Both the position numbers and the translations under genes were made by a program. A stretch of DNA of 64,000 bases from Spirogloea muscicola. Taxonomy: Eukaryota. This document shows, in pieces, positions 37,901-52,100 of the stretch (its first letter is position 1; every line of letters begins with the position of its first letter). Where the stretch lies: NCBI GenBank assembly GCA_009602725.1, contig WELB01000013.1, positions 856,561-920,560 of the forward strand, in the 5' to 3' direction. The notes under the pieces were generated by a model. The model was not told the origin of the DNA. It was given only the letters and a program-made list of their open reading frames with translations, and searched no databases.

Positions 37901-40900
37901 TTTGTCACATTGGAAGCTATGGAAGTGTGCTGACAGTGCTCGCGACCTAGATTGCCTTTGTGGGGCCTGTCAATGACAACAGGACCACCACAGCAGACAA
38001 GTCTCCTCAGATGCAAAAGAGCTATTCTGCAAAACGCAAGCAAGTGGCATGGCCATCCAATACGGGCAGCGAGCTAGACCAGGAGATTTTCGTTGCTGTA
38101 AAAGGCCGTGCGATAGATTCGACTCTGTATGCGGTTGAGGGTCTTGTAGCCCTCAAATGCCTTCTGAGCAAAGTCCTCGAGCTCACCGATTTTCACCTGA
38201 GATTTGGCAATAAGGCTCAGACAAAATATCAGCAAGCTCAGGCTTATTTCCTCCCCCTGTCATACTGCTCTCAGAATCTTGAACATTATTTAATAGTTGA
38301 GGTTTTGCACTCACCAGGTGCTCGTTCGCGCCCAGAGGAGCTGTAGGGGTTGGAGGCACGTGCACCTCTTCGTAGCCCTTGAAGGCTTTTCTTGTTGTGC
38401 CCTGGAACGAAGACAGGGCACCCTCTAAGCAAGTTGCTATCACGTGCATCAGGTGCACAATATAATTTGAAAACATATGCAAGGAGGTCTCTCCACATGT
38501 TTTACACTCTGTTTTAGCAATTTCTGCTCATTCATTCGTCCTGAACAACTTACACAAAGTCCCTTCAAATACTGACATTTCTGCATTTGCGAAAATGAAT
38601 ATCGACAAATCTGACGAAATGGGTTATTAAACTTCTAACTCTTGGAAGTACAATTACACAACTAGGATCTTGTAGTCACTGAAAATTTTGAGGGCGATGG
38701 CAGTAAACGGTGCCAAAAATCTTACGGTGGGTAGTGCTTTGAAACCCAGAGAGTCATCCCCTTTGCCGTAGAGATTCTCCACAGGACGCATTTGCTTGTT
38801 CTCCTCTGCCTCCAGCAAGGATTCGAAGCCGCCCCCAGCACCTGCAAGGCGATCGAGCTCGCTGTCTTGACCAGCCGCTGATCTGTGATGTGCCTGCCTC
38901 TTCTCCTCCTTTCTTCTCAACTTCTCCAAAAGCTTGGCAGATTCTGTCTGCACACTGACCTGGAAGGGCCAAAAAGCAGCAGATATTGGCGTAAAGCCCT
39001 GGCCTCTTAAGCGAATGTGTTTCATATAGTGTGTCAAAGCAGGAGTACTTATGATGTTTAGCAGTGGAAAGTAAGATTATGAGAATGGGTCACGTTGTTT
39101 GAGGCAATAAGCAGATGATGACCAACCTGGGTTCCATAAGTGGGTATGCGGGCCTGGGACGACAGAGCACCACTGTGTTTCTCTTCCCGAATCACTGCTA
39201 AACTGCTCCGGATTGAATCTACAAGGGCCTTGCGATGCTGCACAGAGGTAGACAAGAAGCAGACGCATTAGCTTTAACAACACTGCACAGCTAGCGGAGT
39301 CAAGAATGCCTGATAGTACGCATCGCTTGTAACAGAAGGTACCTTGAGAAGCTCCTCAATAAGCTCAAAGCCGCTATCCCCAATCAAATCGAAAAGGTCA
39401 CCGGCAATCTACAAGGAGCACAGCAAATTTGAGCGCAAGTAAGTAGCAACTGGCATTAGGCAGTGGCTTTTGATAAGCAGAACAAAATCTGGACAACAGG
39501 TCTACAAAGTTGGAGTCAACGACGTGCACCGGTTCATCAAAGGACAATCTCCGACCTCGACCGAAGCTGAGCACATGTTTTCTCTATAATCCGTATCGTT
39601 GCACTTACCTCATCACCAAAACGGTCACTCTCCAAGACTCTCGCGATTGCCATGGCAAGCTCATCTGCAGACATGTGTGCAGCTGCTCCTCCCAATGAAG
39701 CATGCTCACATGCTGATCTGAGCCACCTCAAATCATGGGGCGTAAAAGCGCCCTCGGCCTGCTCAACGGCCAAATGAGACGGACCACCATTTGCCTTCGG
39801 GGGAGTTGCTGGAGGCAGGGGCAAGCAGCTTAGTCATTAGCCAAGTGCAAGAGCACGAGAAGGAGTCCATTGTCACACTGGTCCAGCTTGTACTTGTGAC
39901 ATGGCTAGTCCATGTGGCAAATTATGATGCCTCCTGGTCCTCATGCCTAAGTTGCCTGCTGCTTCTCTTTAGACCCTTTGACCCTCGACTCAAACGCGAA
40001 ACGCTGTCAGAGACTCACCAGCAGGTGCACCGCGGTCCCAAGCTTCGTCTATGTGGGCAGTATCCCACAAGTCCCAGCTTCCAGTGTCACTATCTGGTGA
40101 ATGAAACTCGAGATCTATCCCAAATTCAGGCTGCACCAGACCATCGTCTGCTCGTCCGGGTGTCTTGTGAGGGCCATTGGTCGCAACTCCTTGCTGTCCA
40201 TTATACTCTGCCCTTCCATTTGCAGCGTGCTTCAAGGAGTCCTCCCACTGACGGAGTTGGATTGCCAACTGGAAACATCTTGTGAGAGCTGAGTCCGAGG
40301 ACACTCGCCCGAAGATTGCAGCAAGCTGCTGTCTGCACCAGGCGCTTTCCCTGCGGATGAGCATTGCGACGTAGCTGCCAAGCACGTCGCAACCTCTAGT
40401 CTCAAAGAGGAGCTGACATTGCTACCCTACTTGTGCTGTGTGAACCATGGCAGGTCTGTACCAATAGGTTCAAATGCAGTGATACCCAAATGCAAATCCC
40501 CTCAGTCTCTTACTCTATGGCCTAAACCCCAAATTGCGATCCTTATATCTCGACCCCAGACCCTGACAAATCCATGAGTGCCCACGAAGGCATGCTTTCC
40601 CCCTAACTACTATTCCATTGACCAGGCTTAGGCGCACAGCTTCGTACTTCATGTGAAGAAAGGATGCCCGGGATGGAACATGCCCCTTCTCAGCTGCATG
40701 TTCCTGTGCTTCAGCCTGGCGCCCCAGGACGTCATAAACAGTCAAGGCAGATTGACCAAGCTCCTCAGGAGCAAGCTCGCCATCCAGCAGCTCTGTTGTT
40801 GCCAGCAAAAAGCTTCTGAAGGCCGTCTGAGCATCACGAGGTGCTGCACGGCAGCAAAGAAGACATCATTCAGCTCAGTCTCAAGAGGTGCTCAAAAGCA

Positions 40901-41629
40901 TTAAGCTAGTGGTAGACAGGTATGCACACAAGGGCCTCCAGGACATGCTAAGACCAGCAGAAGTCCTTCTATGGCTTGGCTCGCAGTTCTGCAACTTCAC
41001 CTCCATCCCAAGAAGGGAAAATTTTCCTCGCTAGCGCCGAAGAACCAACTCCAGATGCTGCAAGAGTTGGACTGCCAACAGTGGGCACAGCAATAACTCC
41101 AACATCAGATGAATGATCATCCTGCGGATTCTCACCCTAACCCTAAAGCCCTAACCCTAAACCCTAAACCCTAAATCTTTGCTTATAAGCAAACGGGCAC
41201 GATGCAAATAGATCTGTCACAGCAAGAGCACCGGCACGGGCTGCTGGCGTCCAGAAGAACGACAAGAAGAGGAGCGCAGCTACGAGGGCCCGACCTCACG
41301 CGGCGGCGCCCGTCCAGCAGGCTGTGGCGCAGGAGGTACTCCTTCTCGGGGTCCAGCGTGGCCCCCCGTCGCACCCGCAGCATGGCAGTGAGCCTAGGCA
41401 CCTGCCGGCACGACCGTCGCAACATGCGCGTCACAGCTGCTCTCTTGGCAGGCCATGCCCAGACGTCCTGGCGCTCGCAACGACGACAGCGAAGGAAGGC
41501 ACAGCGGCACGACGTAGCAGCGGGTACTGAATTCTGGTGCTCAGATGGTCCAGGTTCCGAGCCCGAGCTCCGCACCTCCGTTCGCTGGCGCGCCTCCGGG
41601 CCCGCGACCGCCATGCGGCCCCCGCCCAT
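25931..41629 (-). CDS. ASCC3: DExH-box Ski2-like helicase ASCC3/DExH14 (Slh1 ortholog): tandem helicase + Sec63 cassettes, dozens of exons
   Basis: N-terminus [18 protein letters not shown]. Cassette 1: [75 protein letters not shown]. Cassette 2: [44 protein letters not shown]. Sec63 motifs ELPVRHNED and EPGWWL. Last exon [23 protein letters not shown] (stop 25931-25933). Start at 41629 or 41614. Confidence 0.93.
29603..29640 (+). repeat. Perfect 19-bp tandem duplication in an ASCC3 intron
   Basis: tggtctccagctttggtgt x2. Confidence 0.9.
41135..41175 (+). repeat. Interstitial telomere-like tract (mixed CCCTAA / CCCTAAA units) in a 5' intron of ASCC3
   Basis: ccctaa ccctaaa g ccctaa ccctaaa ccctaaa ccctaaa. 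Confidence 0.85.
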
Positions 41630-42022
41630 GGCACCAGCAGGCGAGCCACGTCTCGTGGCGGAAATTGGCGACGGCGGCGCAGCTCCCGGCTGTCCCCGCA
41701 GTGCTGGCCTCCGCGCCTCTGCGCTGGCGAGGCTGGCGGCTGCAAGACTTGACCACAGCGCCGGACTCCTTGTGCAGCGTGAGCCGAGCTCGTCGGCGTC
41801 GGCAGAGCGAGCGCAGCTGGCCACACGCGCACCCTCGGCGGGGCCTTGGGACTCTCGGCGGCGGCGACGGCGGCGGCGACGGCGGCGGCGGCGGCGGCGG
41901 TGACGGCGCAACATTCAACAACGCTGAGAGCTGCATCTCAGACTACGCTCGCCAGAGGCCCTCCTCCAGCGGCAGCAGCGCCGGCGGCGCAGTCGGCGAA
42001 CTCGTCCGCCTGCCGGCCCGGN

Positions 42023-42200
42023 CCCCTGGCCCCTTCTCGTCCTTTGTTCATTCTTTTCTGGGCTGGCTTTTTCCAGCCCCTACCCTCAACGGGCGAGCCC
42101 TTCTCTCTGCGAGAGGCCAAGCCCAAAGTAATGGACAAGTTCTGAAGGAGCCGGATGGCGCAAAAAGCAAGGTGCTAAGTGCTAAGACGGCAGCAAGACG
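42023..42200. mobile_element. Cluster 2: two CRE-like 3' ends joined tail-to-hairpin
   Basis: The + strand end (ttgttcattcttttctGGGCTGGctttttCCAGCCCctaccctcaacgggcgagcccttctctct, to 42108) abuts the hairpin loop of a - strand subfamily-A-like copy (gcgagaggccaagcccaaagtaatggacaagttctgaaggagccgga). Confidence 0.75.
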
Positions 42201-42321
42201 GCAGCCTGGGGGTTACTGAGCTTCCAATTGATGTAGCCACTCGCATAACTGGTAACTGGCTTGCTTAATCTGCTTATAGACAAGCTCGGACCTCCATAAA
42301 GACATTGGCTTGCCGGTAGGT

Positions 42322-42535
42322 CAATAGATAAGGCTTCCAGTGCAGCAAGTCAATCAAATTGCTGCTTAATATTGCTCATGACTTGCTTGCTATTCCTACT
42401 ATTGCCTCATGCAAAAACCTGGGTGAAATGCCTTGAAATAGAATAAGGCTTCCAGTGCAGCAAGTTAAGTTCCTTGCTTGCTTTTGCTTGTAATCATTGC
42501 TTGCTTCTGCTGCTATTGCCTCGTGCAAGACCTGG
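42322..42535 (+). repeat. Imperfect ~115-bp tandem duplication
   Basis: ataaggcttccagtgcagcaagt at about 42328 and 42443; ttgcttgct...ctattgcctc.tgcaa.acctgg at about 42383 and 42497. Confidence 0.75.
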
Positions 42536-43177
42536 TTTCCTCCTGAGTTCATGAATTTAGGCATGCAACCAATTGGAACAATTAGATAGGCGGTTCTGTC
42601 CCAAATGATACATACCTTACTTTCCTCATTTGTCAACAACACCGCCACCAAACGCCCAGTGGAAGTGGTGGACGAGGGTGAATAATGCGCAGAGATAGAA
42701 TTGGCACAAATCTAAGCAGCCTGCTTGCACATCAAAGTCGCTGCTCGGCAAGGTATGCAGAGACCAATCTATGCGCAAAAGGCTTGTCACATGGTATAAA
42801 CCTACTGCCAGTCTCTATGGGATTCTTGCTCTGGGGACTTGTAAGCTTAGATACAAGGTTGTGCTGCATCTACGGCCTCAGACTCACATCCCCACCTTGT
42901 TTATATCTACTAAACACGATAATTTATGGAGAAGGCTATACAGCTACGAACGTGCTCACGAATAAGTACAAGCGTTCTAAAAGGGTGAGAAAAGAAGGGT
43001 GAAGAGCAACATGAGCAGTGCTCACATGTTGCTGTAGAGAACCTACAGCTGTTGACCGCTGCATTATTGTAGAGCTTTTGCTGCTGCCATGGCCAATGAA
43101 AGATGCCGGTCTATGGACATTGTCTTTGTAGTTCATAGCATCTACATTCTAGAAGGGCTCCGCGCAGGGTTCTTGCT

Positions 43178-46100
43178 CTACCGGCGGTTGTAGCGTGCAT
43201 ACCGCAAGGCTAGGTATGCAGCTACACGAAAGAGCACCACAAACAGGAATAGCACAAACATGTACAGTCCTATGTGTTTATGCTCTAATGACTTATAGCT
43301 CTTCAGATAAGTCCACACAAACTGGTTATTGCTGTCGTGCAGCCTCGGGCACTTGCAGGCAGGGCAGGCCTGCGGGTCGCCGGCGCAGCCAGGTAGCGAG
43401 CAGGCCGTGGAGTTGGTGTCACAGAAGAATACTATGGATGTCAGTGAGTTCAGCGCGTATTGTGTAGGATTCAGGTAATATAGCCATATCCAGAAGCTGG
43501 GGATCTTGTCCTTGGGTATCATGAAGCCCGACATGATGTTCCTGCAGATTCCCAAGTTGTTGGCGTGTCAGACCTCGACGTGAAATTTAGAGGCAATTGA
43601 GTCAATCCACTGCCACATCTGTGCACACAACTTGCAAACAATGCTGGCACAACTAAAAAAGCACCGGCATGTCAGCAACAAGGCAAGTTTGAAAAGAGAG
43701 AGTCGCATATTGTGGCGACCCCGTCATAAGTGGCAGTGAAATATGCGATCAACCTGGCACAACAAGCAGGTGAACTCTTACTAAAAGCATGTGAGAGGTT
43801 TCAGAAAGGGGCTCACCAAATGTTTACCATAACGGGAATGATGATCGTAGCAGTCTGTCAGATAGGCAGACAGGAAGGTGATAGTAAGCAAACAATCTAT
43901 CTACAGACCAGATACCTCATCGTTCAGCCTTAGAGATTCTGAGCTTGTCTATGATGCAAGAAGACGGCAATGAAGGCCCCTGCTACTTGTACACTATCGT
44001 GCGTCCCTTTGAAGTGCATTGAGTGTTGCCAAGATCACCTCTGCATTTGGCGTGACCATTGCAAGGAATATCCCAAAAAAGGTAATGCAGGCCGCATACT
44101 CAAAGAAAATGAACCAGAACTGAAAGAAGGTCCCTACTGAATCTGTCGCTACTCCTGCCATGGAGCAGCAAACAGAGCAGAAGAGAAGAATCGAGATCGC
44201 CAAATATGGGGTCTGCAAAGGCACACGGTGATGATCCAGCGGCACATCAGGGGCAGTCCACAAATACCATGGCAATGAGACAAACGAGATGACTAGTGGT
44301 TTTGGGGTGCCTGCTCATGCAGATCCCCATTGCTAAGCATCCAAACTTTGGAAATGTTTGCAGTACCTCAGCAAGGCCCCAGGAGAAGTCATACAGGAAC
44401 GAAGAGTACATGTTGGAAGAATTTTCTCTGTAGTACACTGGTCTTTCCGCATTGACCTTGTTGTTGGACAAAACAGCTTGATCTCAATGAATACAGACGT
44501 GGGTAATTATACGTGACAAGTACCGACAGAGCAGGTGTCTATACCATAGCCAATTGTTCATGTCCTCTCTGCACAAGGCAAGTCACAGCAATTTCCTTCC
44601 AAGGACATGTGCACATGGTCAAATCATATTGTTCCAGTCTTTGGAGTCTGCTGAGAGTTTGGCTATCTTGGAAGGAACCAACCTGGGGGATGACATTGTT
44701 TGCATTCACAATACTCACCTGCGATCAATTGTGCAGTCAATGCCAGACATTTGATCAGTGACTTTATCTAAACAGCTATTATCCTGCTGTCGAAGATGCT
44801 AGCTGGTGGTGGTAGACACCTACTTACAAAGACAATGGCAATGTATATAAGGCCTGATCGAGAAGCCAGTCCCGGTTGAGTGGTGTATGAGATCTGCAGC
44901 CACAGAGGACAAAGTGAAGGGCACCACAGGAACATGTAAAGTGGCCTTCATCTGAAGACACTTTACTTGTATAGCAACAATCCAATCACATGAAGTTGAC
45001 CATGTCAGTCCTTGAATTAGACTGCCATGTCTGATTCTGACATGTCTATTGCTCTGCCAGTATGCCTTACGAGTGTTCAGCATCAATAAGTTCAGGCTAT
45101 AGGAAGCAAAAGCTAACCTGCCAGAAGGCGCTACCAAGAAGTAGGCCAAGGATGAGACTGAAGATCATTCTGCCATAACTGACAAGACCATCATACAGGG
45201 ACAAATGTGAGGACAGAGGTGAGCATACTAGCAAGACAACCTTTCTAATTTCATCTCCAGTTTAAGACAGGCTTTTGAGGCCATGTCATTAAATACAGTA
45301 TGCACTTTCTATAATTGTCAATGCTGAGCAAATGTGTATTATTCTGAAAGATTACTGTGATGTACCTGTATTGAACATTCCGCCAATAAGTCCTGTATTG
45401 CCTTTTGATCACAACTTGCAGCATCAGGGGCCAGGAGGCAGCATAACCTCTAAGGGATGGCTCGGGACCATACTCGCCTTTTCCATTTTTGAGTTTCTGC
45501 AATTCCTCCTCTGTCACAGAGCACAATGTGACAAGAAAGTTGTCCTAAAACTCAGTACACGGACAACCTTGATGACCAACAATGTAAGACATGTTTATGG
45601 GCAGAACTCTTGATTGGGTCGATGGAGTTGACTGGGGCTTACGGCAGTATTCACACCACATAGTCACTCTGCCTAACGTATAAATACTCAAGCGTTCTTA
45701 TTAATGAATTGTGGAGGACTCTGACGCAATGTAACTGCTTCATACCATTCTTCTCAGCTAGAGCACTCTCTCGGTAGTCTAGTGCAAAGTCTCGCTCAGC
45801 TGCATGCCCTATTCCTGCTCCAATAGCCTCTAACATGTATGTGGCAGGGTTCTGGTCAGGTCCACACTTGGGCATTCCAGGAAGCGCTTCAAAGTAACCC
45901 TGTCAGAGGGGTCACTTATGATGGCCATCAGAAGCCCAGACTTGTGTACAATACCGAAAGTATGAGGATTGCACACGTGCTCTGTTTGCCCTCGATTCGA
46001 GACAGTAATCTTGGAAAAGCGGACCAGCAAACTTGCAAGTACAATTACCCTGCGGTACCCGTACTTGAACCGTCAGTGCTGGACCATACCAGTAAGTCAC

Positions 46101-49100
46101 GGGCATTGAGCCCTATAGGACCAAAGTATGCAACCTCTCCCCCGCGCTTGAGTAACAGGAGGTTGTCAAATGCCATGAATATCCTTCGACTTGGCTGGTG
46201 GATTGTGCAAATAATACTTCGCCCTGTTTGGACAATGTTCTGTATTCCCTTAATAACAATCTGCGCCGCTCTGCTATCCAAGCCGCTGGTTGGCTCGTCC
46301 AGAAATAAGACGCTCGGATTGGCAACCTATATTCAAGAAGCACACAATGGCCTACACTTCAGTTGGGCTTTCATCACTCAAAACACCACTGGGCTGTGAT
46401 AGCTGTGCTAATCTACCAACCTCCAAGAGAGCCACAAAGATTGGCACTACAAGACTAAGTCATGCACGTGGAATGGCCATTGCATGTGAGGCACAAGTGG
46501 CATCTCAGAGAGGACCAATGTTGAGCAGGTAGATGCATCACAATACCAGCTCAACCCCAATTGTCAGACGTTTTGCTTCTTCCACAGAGAGGCCCCCTTC
46601 ACCAACAGTTCCAACCAGCTTGTTTGCGATAGGTTGCAGCTCCAGCAAGTCCATGGTCTGGAGGGTACGAGTACCAAAACATGTCACTTCAACAGAATTG
46701 CAGGAATACTGCATTCACCTGCTTACCCAACTTGGAGATAATGCAAGTATCTGGCCAACAATTGAATGGCTTCACCTGCTGCACAAAAGCATCTCTCTTC
46801 TGCTGAGAGGTGTCACGTGGCAGCCGCAGTGCTCCGCTGAAGTCCAAAGATTCTCTTACAGTTATAAATGGAGTGTGGATGTCATTCTGCTCCACATATC
46901 TGCAGACATCATCCGGGCTTGCAGATTGTTATGAATGTGAAGGTTTCTGATGGCAGGTTGCTGAACACCGCATGAAAGCCAGACTAGTGGACACGAACGT
47001 CCTCGTCCTCCTCATGCATTGGAATCTCCATAAGGTCGGAAGGCCTCACCCTCGAATTCGAGCAAAGGTCTCAGCTACTTTGGGATAACCATTGACAAGG
47101 ACATCACCCCTTGTTCGCCCTATGGTTTTGCGGCCAGCCAAAACATCCAGGAGAGTGGTCTGCAGAGAGAACAGGCTGTCAGATTTTCACACAGCAATGC
47201 ATAGCAAGCTTGGAGAAGAGTCAGAGGATGAGCAACGCAAGGTGAAAGCAATGTCTGGCATTGTAATACATGTTACAACCTTTCCAGCTCCAGATGATCC
47301 CATGAGTGCGGTCATGGTGCCAGGTAATGAGTAACCAGATACGCTGTTCAGTAGTAATCTTGGCTCCTTCACACCAGGGATATCAACCTGTTGATACAGG
47401 CCAGCATTTTAGCTGATGAAGGCCTCTACCAGCACAACAATGGAAGCCAGATACATCAGCTCCGGCACACTTGTGCACAGCCCTGTGCTGTGTGAGATGC
47501 TCAAGATGCAGCGGAAAGAGGAGGCTACAAGAGGTAACCGATTGAGCAACAAATTGACTGAGCAGCACTTTGATATCAGCCTGTTAGGAGCTCTCCAAGT
47601 ACAGGGGCAGGGCTGAAGTAGTGACATTGGATGTCTGTCACAAGTGATGGTTAAGTGATGGGAAAGTGATGGGAGAAGTATAGAGTGCCCCCAGTCACAT
47701 CCCACTAGTCTCCTTGCTGCAGTGCAGGCTTCAAAGTACAGTCTTCTAAGTATGACCGACTTCTAAGTATGAACGACTCCACATGCCAGATCAGCTACGT
47801 AGTGGCTTACAGGCAGAGGTCACGTCAACAGAATAGCAACAGAGGTGGTGCATTGTTGCTCTCTGCCAGGGCCTGACTTTCGTGCTGCATATGATAATAC
47901 CTAAGATTCCCGGGTCTGTTGCACTGGACTCGACCAGAACAGAGGTGCTTGAGAAACTACTGCATGCAGGAAAAAAGTTCTGAAGCAGTATATAGAGATT
48001 TCTTATCATGCTGACTCAGGCCCCAAGCAAGCCACTAAGAGCTCAACCAGAGGCAAAGCCATGATCAGGGCACTCTCTTAGATCGAGAGATAAGTCAATC
48101 ACAGCTGTTTGTGACGCTTAGATGAGGTTTCTGTGTAAGATCTTTGCAGAGCAATACAAGAAAGCGGAGTATACCTCATAACAGAGGTTGTGGAATGACA
48201 GAGAAACTGGGTGAAACGTTAGGGGCTTTGCATCCTCCTTGCTTTCCATGGCATGCACTGGTTCTCCTCCTCCCCCGTCTTTGTGGTTCTGACGCAGAGG
48301 TCCCAACATAGTCGCCTCAAGATTCCTCTCAATGTTGACTACAGTGCTGGTCACTTTGTCCACTGCAGCAGCCATGGAGGTCCTCTGGAGTGCAGCTTGC
48401 TGCTTCAGTCTCGCTGCTGGGGGTGATTTGACCTGGTTCAGCCTCATAGGAAGTATTAGGTTGCGAGTTTGAAACAACATTCAGCCTTGTTAGGTTGAAA
48501 GATCTAATCATCTCTTAATCACATCTGATGAATCTTGACAATACTGCATGTCACTCACCTCCTTGAAGCTGACTTTGGCTGTCGTCACAAAGGTAAGAGA
48601 GATGAGTACAAGATAGAAGGCCATGAGCACCATAACAGAGACCCAAACCCCCTTGAAGTAAGTTGTTGGAAGCTTGTAGGCCTTTAAGTAGGCTTGACCA
48701 GCTTGAAGATCTTCGTGACCAACGCAATAAGCTGCAACATTGACAATCTCCCTGCATGGCTGCACATGGTCCCAGTGGAGTCATCAGGAAGCTTGTAAGA
48801 CTACAGTCGTCCTTCACTGCTTTTGAGATGTTCATGAGTCTGACACAGGTTGCAATGACAACTTGGCCCAACACAACCACCTATGGGATGATATGGAAAA
48901 AATTCACACATGTTACTACAGATAGTGTAAGTAGCAGCATCCTTGTCATCGACTCAAACCGACGTGCCAGAAGAGAAAGGAGATGATACCTGATGGAAGG
49001 AACCTGACAGAAACTCGTTGCACACAATGGCTGTATATGCCCATTGTAGAGGACTTACGTAGTACATCCTGCATGCATTTCACAATCAGCACATAAGAGT

Positions 49101-52100
49101 CTGCAAACTTTGTTTACCAGACACTAGATTCAGAGTAATAGCATTTTGCATGTAGAAGCATGTCGTGGAGCAGGTGAAGTTGGTGCCTAGGACCACTGCT
49201 CAAGAAATGGTCTACAAAAGGAGGAAGCAAAGCAGACATATCATATGAGTGAAGAGACTATAATACGTAGACACTGTGAAGCTTACCATATCCACCACCC
49301 TGGAATCTTCCCCTTTGTTATGAGGAACCCAGAAAAGAGCAGCATAGCCAAAATAGACAGTCCTGCTAGGCTTCCTGCTGCCTCTCTACTTGGGCTGATG
49401 CTGGCGATTAGCCGCACAAGAGATGAGCCAACAAGAGCCACTAAGAACACTATGAAGAGGAACATGATGAAGTGAACGCCACCCTGAGCAGAGCTCAGAC
49501 CGGTCAGCCAATACACAAGGGGCGTGTATATGCCAATCTGCACATATATTTGGTATGCAATAAGATATCATGACCATGTATAGTAAAGGCATGCAGGGGC
49601 TTCACAATGACATGACAGTCCTTGAAATGCTCAAGGCCATTGATGGTCATCTATGCACATTCAATAGGCACTTCCGTCAGTCTGCACCTCGCACACCGAG
49701 AAGGGCACTTGACTCAGCACACCAGCCAAGACATAAGATCCAGGCCGAAAGAAGCGGGCTGCATACTGCTTGATGAAGACCTGCAACACAACGTCCGGTA
49801 GGGTGCGGATTTGCCGTTGCGTATGTGCATAGATGCGCGTGTGCATGTGTGTGATGCGTGTGTAGGCAGCGTGGCAAATCAAGAATCAGATGCAAGATAC
49901 GAATGCACCAGTCGAGTTAATAGTTTGAACATCTATTGGGGTAATGTTGCTTAGTGACCTGGCGTTCATCGATGAGATTGGGGATCTGGGCAATAGAGCC
50001 AAGGGCCATGGCAAGACAAGCAATGAAAGCAACGGACTTGCGGAGGTCCATGGCACTCCTCACAACGCTGTTACTAAGCTGGTAAAAGACAGTCCCAGTG
50101 AAAACTCCAAGGATAAGTACCTGCAAGCAAGCTCGAACATCGAAGTGCAAATGAATCAGGAAGACAATTCTGAAGGGGTAGAAGCCAAGACTTGTGTGCA
50201 AGCTCATAGAAGGGACAGCATTGTCTTCAAGTGTTGTAGAGGAGGTCAAAGCGTCATGTGTGGCTGGGCTCACCTGGGCCATACGCGCATAGAAGAATAT
50301 GGTATTTCGGATGGCTACTTTGAATTGACGCCTAAGGACTGTCTTCGTTGATGGCCACCAAGGTTGGGCAAATTCTTGCTCAAATTTAGAATTGGTCTGA
50401 CTGTCAATCTGAAGATGGAATAAGTCAACACAAGACACGGAGTTACCACAGCAGTAAGCATAGTTGCAATTACACCAGGCAGCAGAAGATCAATCAGCTC
50501 TCAAGTCCTTTGCAAAGAATCACATAGTAGGCTGGCTAAAGTGCCAGAGCCACTTGCTTGTTCAAGTGGGCGCTCCAGCTGTAGCCGGACAGGCTCAGGA
50601 CTTGTCTGTATCTGCGCTGTAAGATCTGCTGCTGTTTGAGGGTTGTAGGCCAGCTGACCGAAAGAATCAGTAGCCCCTATAACACGATCTCCAACAGTGG
50701 GCTGTGCAGTGTACTGAATGTCTGCTTCAGTCAGCGTGCCAACTGGATCCAAGCGCTCCATCACCACTGTCAAAAGAAGCAACGTGGTGTTTAGTATCTT
50801 GAGATACAACATAGTCAGGAACACCTGGGCACACCTTAAGAGGATCAGGGAATGAAAGCCGCCGTAGAGTAGACAGACCTCCACCCGCACTGTCAGCAAA
50901 TTGAGCACCAAGTGGTTTTTGAGCAGCGACCCAAAGCTCGCGGACAATCTGCAGAAATCGATCAAGCTGCTTAGACCTCTACTGTGGATCACTACACACA
51001 CAGAAGTGATACAAGCCCTTCTGATGTAGGATTCTTTTGGTCTTGTCTTAAAGTGACATAAGAGGTCTGGTCACACGTAAAAATGCAAGCGCTACAAGCC
51101 ACATGCTTGTCAATTAGCAGGGACTGTACATGCAACAACAAGATGAGCAGAAGTATGATGCGCTTGCCAAGTCAATGATCTAGTAATGTTGCATCAAAGC
51201 GGTGGAGGGTTGTCAACCTCACTACATTCAACAACTCGGAGGACATCTTGATGCAGGTCCGAGGTCAGGTAAGCATCCAGCAGAGCTTCGTTGGTCATTG
51301 GCTCTTGATCCTGAGGTAGGAATTGCCTGCCTGCTGGTGTCGGAATTTCCTGAAGGAAGTCCGCAATATCCACATGCTCTGGCTTGACATAACTTCACAA
51401 GCCAGAGAAATAAATGCTTCTCTTTAGAGGACTTGAAAGTTGACCTTTTTGGTAAGTATTTGGACATCCTGCTCAAAGCATGTCAAGCCTGCGCCAGTGC
51501 GTTTTTGCAGTAGTAGTGTAGGGTATGTCAAGTCAGCAATCAGGGACCACAAGTTGGTTAGTGCTTGCAGAGATACTCCATGAGTACAGCTATTTACCCC
51601 AGATTGGCGAAGTAGCGAAGTACATCGTCTCTGGGGCCTTGGTAGATGATGCTTCCTTCATTCAGCACAATCAATCTGACAAAATGGTGCAATAAATCTC
51701 AAGCTCAAGTGTCAGAGTCCTATTGAATGTACAGCATCTGGTATTTATGGACATTTGTGACATGATTGTAGAATCAGCCACCGGACCAATTCACTTTCTG
51801 TCCTTCCAATCATGTGCTACCTTCATGACGAAGATGTATTTGTGGTATGGGTTTCACATATTTTCTGCATAAAACAAGTTATGCTTACCTGTCAAACAGA
51901 TTGAACACTTCTGGTGCAGGCTGAAGCAGGGAAAGTAGGCAGGTTGTTTGCCTCACGCGAGCAATTGTTCTGATCGCAGACACAATGTCATATGTTGCTG
52001 AACTGTCCAGGCCTGTGCTGATCTCATCAAAGTAGAAGACCACATATGTGCCTGATCACAAGTACAGGAAAGGAAACGCTGTCCTGTCAGCTGGCCTGTT

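Noticed and set aside
11051..41629. Functional cluster of RNA-modification or quality-control genes (MnmA, HAKAI, ASCC3)
   Set aside because: Different compartments and pathways, interspersed with unrelated genes, and no sequence evidence of co-regulation.
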